A stretch of 64,000 nt of DNA from Thalia democratica (taxonomy: Eukaryota): contig OZ241827.1 of NCBI GenBank assembly GCA_965202585.1, positions 11,098,001-11,162,000 of the forward strand, given 5' to 3'. The first letter of the stretch is position 1. Each line of letters starts with the position of its first letter. Made by a program: the position numbers and the translations under genes. The notes below the pieces were generated by a model. It was not told where the DNA came from. It made no database searches and saw only the letters and a program-made list of their open reading frames with translations. Shown here piece by piece: positions 51,301 through 63,300 of the stretch.

Positions 51301-54300
51301 CGCAACCGATGACGTCACTCGCAGTGAGGAGAAACGCAGATTGACCGGAGGTGGTACAAGTTTGGCTGTTTATAAATAAAATTTAATTAAAATAAATAGT
51401 TTTTACTACTTTTTATATTATATCAATATAACGTTGTAAAGCTTGTTATGAACAAAAACACATCTCAAAATGTTAAACAAAACTTACATAAACTTAAACA
51501 CAGCTTAAAAAAATTAACAACAAATTGGTTTTATTTTTAAAATTCAGTTTTATTTTTCATAGAACTTAGAAAAAAAAGTATTTACAGATGTTTTTTACAC
51601 AACATATACTAAAACATTGATACTCTATATTTTTAATTTTTATTAAGTTAGTTACGAACTATATAAGTTGAAACCTTTTAAATAGAACGTTTTTAACAGT
51701 GTTACATTATTAATTATTAAAACACCATAAATCACGTTTTAAAATTTACGTTTAACTGACATTATTTACAATATAAAAACACTTTTTTAACAATTTTAGT
51801 TAACAGAACGAGCAAAACTAGTCGACGTATATTTAAAGACAATACGTCGTTCTAAATTTTAAAGATAAGTTTGTTACTACAATCAAAATAGCCATTAAAA
51901 ATATTGAGTCTTTACTAATATAAAAACAAATTATTATAGAAATAAATAGACGAAACTTAGAACTTAAGTGGGTTTTTACTTAAGTGGTTTTTACTACTAG
52001 TTTTTCCTACTAGTCTAATACAAAACAATTCTTTATAGAACAACTTTAATAGTTTTTAATAGCAAAAGTAATGAAAAATAACTCAAATAAAACTTTGTTA
52101 AAAAATAAAGGATTACGTTGCATTATAAAAAAAAGTTGGGAACTTGTGAACACGTTAATTTTAGTTGGAGAGTAGATTATCAAACCTACAGCAATTTAAA
52201 GTTTCTGCTCAAAATACAAACACCACAAATAAGTAAAACAGTCCAAGGTTTAAAATAAATGCTTGATTATTAATATGTTAGAATATTGCTTAACAAATAA
52301 TTATAATAAAAATATTTGAGTATTTAAAAGAAAATAATAATAACTAAAAGTTAGCAGTTTTGTTGCATCACACAGAAAAGTTTTGAAATAATAAACAAGT
52401 TTTTCGATGTTAAGACTGAGTTAGTAAAATGCATTAGTTCAACGTAACTGCACAAAAAACACCCAAACTAGATTTCCAGCTAGGTCGTTATAATAATAGA
52501 AACTTGTTCATAATTCGAACATGACGTAAATATAAACAAAATGTCAGTTTATACAAAGTTGAACCTTAGAGAGGAAATAATACTTGTATTGTACAAAATA
52601 GCACGTTTAAAAACAAAGTTGTTACTTTCAAATGTTTTATAAATACTCATAAATCACGTTTTTGAAGTTTAAAACTGTTTTTATTAACTGCTAGTAAAGA
52701 AATGTTTTTGTAGTTTGATCAAAAATTAAAAGGGTACTTTTAGACATTAGTAGTAATATTAAGGTTAAGTAAATATAGTTAAGATTTTATTTTTATAGTA
52801 TTAGTTTTACTAAAATAAACAAATTAAGCTTCATTATTTGATGTATACTGTAGATAAAGTAAAGTCATTAAATAATAAAAAAATAATGTTTAGAAGCTAC
52901 TTAAGTTGTAAAATCTTGATAAAGTACTACTAAGCAATATTTGAAAAGTTAATTATATGCAAAAAGTATTCATTTAGTGCTTTTTATCGCAAATGAAAAA
53001 ACCATAATGTAACATAAATAATAAATATTAGACCAAAATAATGTTGTAATATTCAAAAACTTAATGATTTAAAAAAATCTTTAACAAAATGAGTTCAATG
53101 TCAAACAATGCACATAAAAAACAGATAAATTTCAACTATAGTTTTAACTTTTACTTCATATAGATTAGTTTTTACATTAACAAAATTTTCAAAAGTAATA
53201 AATACAGTAAATGTTAGTAAAACTGCAAATAAAATTTGATGTTAGTAACACAACATTGTCATCTCAACATAAGTAGTAGAATAAAAATTTTATAAACAGT
53301 AAAGCTTTTATTAATGAAGATATCTTAAAAAAAGTATAAAATCTAAAATAAGAATTATGTTAAAATTTTCAAAACTAATATAATTCAATAAAAGGTTTTT
53401 AGATATTTTGCTTGAAAAAAATAAATAAAATGAGCTCGTTGATATACACTACAAATAAAATCAGTTTTTAACATTGGTTTAAAAGTTTAATTGAGTTATA
53501 AAATATTAAATAAAGACAAAAGGTTAGTATAAACTTGTTAACTTCAATTGAACATTAGCAAACTAACATCAAACAACACAAAAAAAATCCAAACGACATT
53601 TCGTTGGAAGTTAGCAAAACAACGGAAGTTTTCAAAACTCATATTAAACTTTAAATAAAATAAAATATAAAGAGTTAGTAAAAAATCGTTAATTCCAAAC
53701 ACCACATCATCAACAAACAACTAATCCAGGGTCAAGCAAAATGACCGCATGGGTGACATCAAACATAATGACGTCATAATTACCATGGCAACTGGTTCCG
53801 TCCTGGTAGCTGACGTAGAATCGTTCCGGTTCGTTGCACGCGCACTCGTACCCGCCAAAAGTGTTCACGCATATCTGTGCGCACTCATGCGTGCCGACGA
53901 GGCACTCGTCCACGTCTACGACGTCATAATCAGTTACGTCATAAAAGAGATAAAGTGACGTAATTGTAAACAGGTGTAAACGTTACACTAGTGATAGTTT
54001 GTGTTTTGCAATAGTTTTAAATATTGCAATGAAATGAAAATGTTGCGTAAACGATGAAGTGAAGTTTAAAGTTGCTCTTGTAATTGACTGAATCTTTAAT
54101 AACTCGTTTATTTGAAATATTGCAAAGAAACTAAATAACATTTTGAAGGAATGTTTAACCTCTACTACAATTTAATTTTTTTTTTTACTAAATAATTTGG
54201 ACTATTAGAAAAACCGTTGTACTTATTTTAGTTACTTTGTTATCTAATATCTTGGTAGTTTTGATAAAACTTGTTAATAGTTTAAATTTTTTATTTGTTG

Positions 54301-57300
54301 TAACTATTAAAATGTATATTTTAGTTTTATTCTTAGGTAAAACATAATTTTTCTATATAAGTAAGTCAATTTTACAAAAATACTTTAAAGAAGTTAGTAT
54401 ATTCTTAAGTCCTAAAAATATAATAAAAAAGTACAAACTGCTTTAATTATAAAATAATTCAGTTTAATACGTGTAATTGTAAATGAAAGTAAGTTACATT
54501 TCTTTTTTAAAAAAAATGTTTTATCAACTAAAAGTAAACTTAAATGACTGGAAAGTTAATTTTATTTTATTTAAAGTATGCCATTGTTTTTACTAAGTTG
54601 TAAAACGTAAAGCTGTACCGCATTACAAAGCACAAAAAAATATTAATACAGTTAATTATAAATTCTTCTAATAATTTAATTGCTAACGTGATTACTAGTA
54701 TTACAAAACTTTAAACGTTAAGCGGAAATATCAAGTATTGTACAAAAAAGATTAGTATAACCTTTGTACCACATTTATAATAATACTCCTGTAGTTTGTG
54801 ATTATAAAACAGGATTTCTATGCCATCAACGAAAAATGCCCGCTAAACCTTCAAAAGACAAACATTTCGATGACATAGCTGGCCTCTTTTATTTGCAGCG
54901 GAAATCAAAGGCTGTCCATTGTTTCCAAATTATAAATAAATTCGCTGGTATTTCGCTAAAAATTGCGAACAGAAAGGTGTTAATATAATCCAAATTGGAT
55001 TACGGGGGGTTTTATGCTGAGCGCGCTGGGCTTAAATTAATCTGTTTTCAAGCAGAAAAGTGCCCTTTGAAATGCCTTGACCTTTCTGGCTTTTCATTAA
55101 TCCGCGCGGGTTTTTATCAAAGACAAGTTTTTAAAAGTATTTTTATTAAAAGAAGTGTTTCAATCAGTACCATTCACACGAGTTTTTTAATTAAAGTTGT
55201 TCTGGTTCTATTGATAATTTGAAGCTTAAGTTTAAAAGTATTTGTGAACTGATATAAGCTTAGTTAAAGTATGGAAACCATGGGAGGCTGTTTGTAATTA
55301 AAAAATTGTTTGATAAGATTAAAATAGGGTTGTTTCTTTTAATGGATACGTGCAGAAATTAAAATTTGTCGTCTTATACAATGCTTATGATTGTGTTTAT
55401 AAATTTTTACTTGGAAATTTACTTAAATAAATTTAGTATAAAAAACCTTAAAACTTAATCCTTGTTTTTGACTGAATTTTAGGGTAAGAATGGACCTACG
55501 TGATGTAAACCTAAAAACACTATACAACAATTTAATTATTTTCATAAAAGTAAATATCTAAAAGAAAGCTTCCAAGAATTTTTTGAAGCCTATGGGTAGT
55601 AAAAACGATTGATCATTAAACTTGACTGAAAAGGTTTATTTTCATAAAGTATTCAACAAATATAAAGTTTAACTTCCCAAATTTATATGTAGTAGTAGCT
55701 GTTTGAAATATTGAGCTAAAAAAGTTTCTTGAAAACAATAAGTTTGTTATAAATATTATCAAATAGGTAGACTAGCAATAAAGTAGTACTTTTATAAAAT
55801 AGAAGGAAAAGTTAAGTTTAATATAGGACACATCTTTTTATAAATTATTTAACTAATTTTCCGTATTGTATAAAGTTAACAAACATATATATATATATAT
55901 TTATTTATTTATTTTATGAGACTCACCGCATTCTACGTCATCACCGATGTGTAGCGCCTCCAAGCGGATGCTCCCAAATTCGTCGTATCTATAAAAGTAT
56001 AGTAATGTGCCTGTTAATGTTTAATACCTTTCATCGAATAGTGCTAATTATTTAAGGATAAAGGAAAAAAAAATAAAAAAGCTTATAAAAAGAATTTATC
56101 AAATCATTTTAATGTAATAATGTTATAACAATGTTATTTAAAATATACCTGTGCAAATACTTGGAGGAGGGCTTAGAGGCAATTTCCTCCAACTCTGTGG
56201 CATTCACGCTACTACCTACAGCTACAACGTACAATTTCGCACCAGAGTCCTGCAAATTAGTAATTTTTTTGTATTAGGAAAATTTACAAGTTTTACGATT
56301 TGTTTCGAAAATATAAGCAGAGTCCTAAGGGGTTCCTACATGTTGTTTCGATATTTATTGAAAAAAGTTATTTTTTAAGAATCGCAATTTGATTGAATCG
56401 CTCATTAGAAAACAGCTATGAAAATTATGGGCTATAGTGTATGAATTTACCACTATCAATTATAATTGTATGAGCTAAAAAAGCAAAACTGTAAATTTCA
56501 ATTTATTTTTATCTAACTACGTCATATTCTCAACGCCGAAGAAAAAATGAACCTTTGTTCAAGTTGATTTTTATTTACTAATTTTAAATAGTAACCAAAT
56601 ACTACAATAATTGCCTAAACGACTTGTTAAATGATTATTTTCTCAGAACTACTTTGAGTGATTGTCTACTATTTATTTTGAAAACTTCAATTGTGAGTAG
56701 CAATACTGTCTCGTTTTTGACAAACAACTACCTTCATATACTACTACTGAAGTTAAACTTTCACTTAAAAACGAAGAAAAATTATTTTTATATTATAAAT
56801 CTTCTTATAACTTCTTTAGTTTGAAAAATTTAAGTCTGTTTTATTAACATAATAGAACTAATAGTAGCTAAAATAGTGCAAGTCGTAAGATTTAATTGTC
56901 GAATATTTTATTTTAGTTAATTTCTTATTACTAATTTAAGAGAGCTGTTTATTAAATAATGGTATACAGCTTTTCTTTTCCTATTCCTTTTAAACTATTT
57001 ATCAAACCGGGTTCAAAGAAAATGACACTGGTAATATAAAACAATTTAATCAACTCCAAGGTCGATTTTAAATTATATAAAAAAATTTAATTATAAACAG
57101 CAAGTAATTAAACTTACAGTAATTAACATACTAAATACACTACTGAATAACTTGTGGTAAACGTTAGTTTACATATAAACAGTACACAAACAATTGAAGC
57201 AGTTGTATTTCAGCTTATTTGCTTTTTGTAGAACTGTGTTGAGTGTTTGTCTAGCATTTGTTTGACAAACTGGAGTTTATGAGTGGCAATTCGGTCGAGT

Positions 57301-60300
57301 ATTTGACATGTTATTGCTTCAAGATTACAATGAACAAAGTATTTCTGCTTCAAGTTTGCTTTTACCGAAGTTCAAGTTTCAATCATGGAACAAAAATTTA
57401 AAGAATTTTTGTATAAGAAACTGATAGCTTCTTAAAGTTAGAAATTTTTATTTTCTCATAGATTCAATATCATAGTTATATAGTTTACTTATTTTAGCTT
57501 TATTTGAAAAAGTTAATATTATTAATTTATCGAAATTAGAATATACTTCTTTTAGTTTTAGAAGTTAAGTTAGTTTATCGTATCTTTCCAAAGCTTACTT
57601 TAGTCTGGTTTGAATAAAAACATTACATGTTGTACGACGACCCTTTGTGTAATTTTAAACTAAGCTCAGAGCTGATTGAAAACTCTGTCAAAGTAAGCTT
57701 GAAGAAATAAACGTCTAGTAGCAAAAATACCGCTACTCGTATTTGTATATAAAAAATAAAAAAATATACGCTCAAAGTTGTGGACAGAAAAGCTTGACTA
57801 ATATTTTACATAACTACTTATTAACTTTCAAACAAAGCTTAAAAATTTTTATCAGCCAAGTGATATTTTGATTATATTTAACAAACACAAAGTTATAAAA
57901 AAATTATTTTAAATGTTCTAAAACTACACATAACTTTAGTTGAAAAATATCTTACACCACTTCGCTTTTACAACTCTCTGATAATAACTCTAAAAATAAC
58001 TTTTTGATAACTATGTATACTTTGAAATATTTGATTAATTTTTACCAAAACATAAATTTAAATTAATTCACCTTGATGACCCTCTGATATTTCGAAACTG
58101 TCCCCAGGAAGCTGTCCTGGGACCTTCCGTCTGTCAGCAGGACAACCTTGGTTGTGGTCTTGTGTCCCTCGTCCACAGATGAACGTGGCCCCAGCAGCTC
58201 CAAAGCGACATGCTTCAGTGCCTTTCCAGTCATCGTGCCTTATATTAAAAAATATATGTACATGACAAGTTTACACACATAATAAGATATTTAATGAAAA
58301 CAAGTATAGAATGAATAAAAACGTTAAATGATATAAAAGTAGAAATACATAACTTGAATTAAAAAGTTTAATTCGAATGTTGAAGTTGTCAAATAAACAC
58401 TTGTAGTGTAAGTGATAAACATACAAAAGTTTAATTTAATGCTTATAAAGTTAATACTTTTTCTGCAAAAACATTTTTAAATAACTGTTGTTTTTTTTTA
58501 TAATTTGAAAATTTTGGTTTTCGTATGTAAATGTTGAGAAAATACGAGTAAATAACTATAAATACTATAAAAACAAGCATATATAGAAAAACTAAGTAAC
58601 AAAACACTTAGTTTAGAACTAGCAAAAAACTAATAAATCTCACTTCATAACTGACTTTATTGTTTTTAATTTGTTTTTCATATAAAAATGTTTAATTGAA
58701 TGATGAGATCAGTTAATTAAAGTATTTAGAATATTTTTCACACTATAAAAATACAATTAAGCACGATTTTTCAAAATAATCCATTAATCTTTCAATAAGT
58801 TGCGGTCATGAAAAAGTATTTAATTTCACATACACTTTCGGTTTTAACGGCATACTTTGCAATAAAAGTATCAAGTTTTCAACAAGCCGGTATTTAAGAG
58901 AAAAGTTACAACATCTAAATCAGTATACTTCTGAGTATCAGTTTAGTTAAATGTCTATAAAAACTTTAAAATTGTTCAACTAACATAAAAATTAAATGAT
59001 ACTGAATTATAACGTAAAACTTTTGCCCAAATATTTTATACAAATTTCTCTATAGGATTCAAAAAATAGACTATAAAGTAAGCGTGAAAAAATATTATTG
59101 TATGATGTGTGTATAAATTAATAGTATAAGCCATTTAAGTTAAAAAAATGTGTACAGTGATAATAACTGCTCTAAAAGATTCTAAGTTCAACACACATAG
59201 TTTTTTTTAGTTTTAAATTTTATTTGTGAAACGATTATAATAAATAAACAAAGAAAAAAATCTATGTTTACCCTAAAATAATGTGCGATTTCTAATGCAG
59301 CTGTTTATTGAAAATCATCATTAGTTTGTGTGGGGTGTGCTCGACATTAAAACGGAACACTCCCAAGCGAAAACATCAAAGGTAGATGTGTTGAAAGCGT
59401 ATTTGTTAGCATGTTTACAAACAAACTATTGTGACATCGGAAATTCTTTTGAAATTCTTATCGTGTTATAAATCTAAAGACCGTGTTTAAAGTACCATAA
59501 AAGGCATGTATATTGCTTCCTAAACCCAAAAGCACGCCCATAAAAGCTTTTAATACAGTAATTGTTTCATAGGCCATTACTTAAAATTGTCCGTTTTGAC
59601 AGGGCGCGGGCTTGAAAATTTCAGGATTACTTTTATCGCTGAAAGTTTTCTCGAAATGATCGAGCGCTACCTTTTGATCGATGATTTAAAAAAAAAACAC
59701 AAGCCTTTTTGTTCGAGCCAGAAACTACGAGTTTCCTGGGCATAATTATGCGTAGGAGCAACAAGCGAGCTACTGTCAGTATACCTGGGAATTATATATG
59801 TATATATATATATGTGTGTAAGTACGAGCACGTGGATGTACTTATCGCGTTCGTGTGTCATTTCTGAGATGCGGGCAAGTGAAAGCATCGCTTGTTAGCA
59901 GATTATATTTGGTAGTTACGTCATAATGCGCGCTACCTCTCGCGTTGCAACGCCGCGCCAGTTTACAACTTTCGCAACTTTGATTGCAATGTTTTTGGAA
60001 AATTCTCAAAGTTACATGATTTACATGACAAGTTGTGCTTTTTTTTTTGTGATTTTTATTGCCGTTTTTTCGAAAAACCAGCTAAACACGTGTTTAAGTG
60101 TCAAATCGGAATTAAATGTAAATACTTGTGATATTTGTCGGAAAACTATTTGTATTTTTTGCTGAAACTACTTTAACATATGTTTAAAGTGTACGTTAAC
60201 AAACAGAAAAAAAAAAATATTTTTTAAAAACTTTCCTACCGCCTGTAAATCTTAAATAAAATTGAGACGTTTGAAAGTGCTTACAAATCTAAACTTTGTT

Positions 60301-63300
60301 ATTTAACATTCATAAAATGCTTATAATAACCAATAATGCGTTTGATTTCCACTTTACTAGTAGTAAACGGATGTTGCTAGTATTAACTTAGGAATAAGTA
60401 GCTTAGAAATTAAAATTCTTAGTTTTAATTAGCCAATATAAATATTTTAGACATTATGCTTCATTAGCTGTAGAATTTCGACAAAATTAAACCAGTATAT
60501 TTAATTACTGGTATAATTGTATTTCCATTAATCAAAAACGCTTAGTAATATATTTTATTGCTTTGATCTTTGATAATTACCTATTGATGTTAACACGGCT
60601 TACAATGTAATTGATTTACTGTGTTACGTATAAAAATAGACGTATTGCTGTACACATTTTTTTAAGTACAGATAAACCTTTTAAAGATAAAGCAGTTAGT
60701 GTATAATAAGCTAGAAGTTTGATTTTAGTATTGATAACATGGTAATAGCATGCCAATATTTTTTAGTTATTTAATTATAAAGTAACTTAATGATTAAGCT
60801 TTTAATAAAATATGTGTGTATAACAAACTCATAGTTTTATATGAAAATTTAGTACATAATATTAAGCATAACAGCTAGTAAAAACTGTTTTTGAGTACAA
60901 TTGTTTCGAATTTTTAATTAACTAATTAATTTACTTTTTATCAGATTTGTTTTTGTTAAAAAAACCTTTATACGTTACATCTTAAGTTGTTGGAAATGTT
61001 TTGAAACATTAAAACATTGACTATTAAAATTTTGACTAACAAAACACTAATGCTACTAATGAACAATAACATAGCTTAAATATATAAAACCGATTTAAAT
61101 TTTAAAAATTTAAAAATTGTGCCATAAAAATGGATCAATCAACATAAAAGCTATTGCAACCAAATTTAGTTCTGACAATTTTCTTTTTTCATTTAATAAG
61201 TTTTAGTCATTTGCTAAACAAAAACAAATCGTATGAAACTATTTTTATTTTTATTAATTGGATCTGAATTACTTTCTTTGTACTTAATTGTAATTTTAGC
61301 TGCAGTAAACATTCCTTAAAGAATAATGTTCATTCTTCATATTTTTTATTGCTTTTTTTTTATGAAAATAACACAGTTTTGTTTGTTTATACCTATAATT
61401 AAAGTTCAAACGATAGATTATACCAGGTCAAATTTTTTCTGATTATCCTTAGAAAACTCATTTATTTAAATTAATGTGTAATGGGTTAAGTATTTAGATT
61501 ACAATCTTGAAAATAAATAGAATTTAAGTGCTTAAAAATTATTTTTTAGTATAAGCTAAATTATAATTTTATTGTTAAATTTGTTTGTTCGTATATTCTA
61601 GTTACAACGTAAAAGCATATGAAAATTATCAAAATTACTAATAAGAATTCTAATACATTTCTAATTTTTTTAGTAATTGTAAATTACTTATTTTGTAGCT
61701 TGCAAATTTTCTCTTTCCTCTTGTTAACTTTTTTAACTACTTTAATTGATAACTATTTTCTACAAATTATTTGTTTTAATATTTAAACTAAAATTTTATT
61801 AACAGCACAAATGAAACTTTTAGTACAATTGTTTTCATTTCTATAATTTAATTTAATGAATACTTATATAAAACTTGTATGTTATTTGAACAAAAAACTA
61901 GTACAAAATTTTGAATCGAATTGAACATAACTTTTAAAACATTAATAATGCTTTGAACTTTAAATATTAGTCTATAGTATTTATCGACTTTGTTAAAATT
62001 GATGACTTATTTTTAACTCTAAGTTTAAGACTTTTACATTGCATTTTGTTCAATTTTTTTTTTATAATGCAACTTTAATACATATTTTTCACAACTTTCA
62101 CGTAAAAAACTAAACTATTTTGTCAATTTGGCACTTTTTATATAGCTATATTGACTACATTAAAAAAATGATGAATTTTATTTTTTATAGTTATGTCAAA
62201 TGTATTGATACTTTATCCACACTAATTTACACAATAAATGTTTGGAAATAACTTTTTGTTTAAAAATTTTATATTAAATTAATTTACCTCCGCACATGAA
62301 CTTGATGTCATCAATTGCGGCTTTCAGTGACGTTTTATCCTGGTATTCCCCTAAACTGATCTCCTCTTTTATTATGCTTCCGTATTGTATCTGAAATTGT
62401 TTAAAGTTGATGAATGAACATAGAACAACACTTATAAATAAATAACATTATTTTATTAACGACATCTACAGTTAGAATTACCATTACTTTTAACATATTT
62501 AAACTTTATTGAACTGTCTTTTCATAGTTTATAATTAGCTTGTTGTTTTAACAGTAAATTTAATTAAGCTTGAAAAATATTCGATTAACCTGCTGATAAA
62601 AAATTATTGGTTTGACAAATTTCACTTTAAAATTGTTTTACTTTGTAAGGAATTTTTAAACATCAGCCAAAAAATACCTATGTATTTATCATGTTTAAAT
62701 TAGCAATTTATCTAGCTTTCAAGCTGTTAAAACCTGACAGAAAAAGGAAACATTTTGCACTTAAAAAAATAAAGATTGATACAAATGTTTAACTTTTTAT
62801 TATAGGTCATAAACGGGCTTCCGCATTAGAACCGTTTAAAAGTGACTGCTCCGAAAAATTAAACAAAAAACAGGTGCTAAATCTGATTGATGTTTACGCA
62901 AACACTTGAAAACATTTACAAAACAAAAGCCGCAACATTTGAAATTAAATAAGTAAATAGAAAGTTTCGTGGCGTGCCGGTTTTCAAAACTTGCAGCTTA
63001 TACGACCACGGGATTTAACAGCTGGTTAGTATTTGGAGTTTGTTACAAAAACAATGGTGAAATTTGCTCTATTTGCAATGCGGACATGCTGTTTGTTTAA
63101 GTAGGATGAACGTGTAGACCGCTTAAATCTTGATTGAAGTTAAATGTTAGCAATTGTAGTATAATTAGTTCTGGTTTTGGTGTTTATTTATAAAAGCTTA
63201 ACTACTTGCTTTAGCTTTCGTTGAAAAATGTTTAAAAAATAAAACTTGATACAACTAAATTAACTTTAAAAATAAATTCATGGAATACTTTAAAATTAAA

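Noticed and set aside
19199-51365. LDV tripeptides (FN3-1 RYLDVAG, FN3-16 KLDVET) as integrin sites
   Set aside because: Expected by chance in over 3,000 aa, and no RGD was found
1091-53913. Minus-strand ORF-track hits as independent small genes
   Set aside because: Each is one exon plus intron read-through, and all splice into one continuous frame
2078-56378. Plus-strand ORFs overlapping exons (e.g. 2078, 2083, 4320, 5184, 14715, 14732, 23437, 25953, 51173, 53749, 56151)
   Set aside because: Antisense shadows of GC-richer minus-strand exons, with no recognisable domains
11502-60165. AT-rich intronic ORFs (11502, 25599, 37552, 40936, 45096, 54764, 54995, 56624, 59667, 59926)
   Set aside because: Low-complexity F/L/I/K/Y composition, no domain signatures and no compatible splice structure
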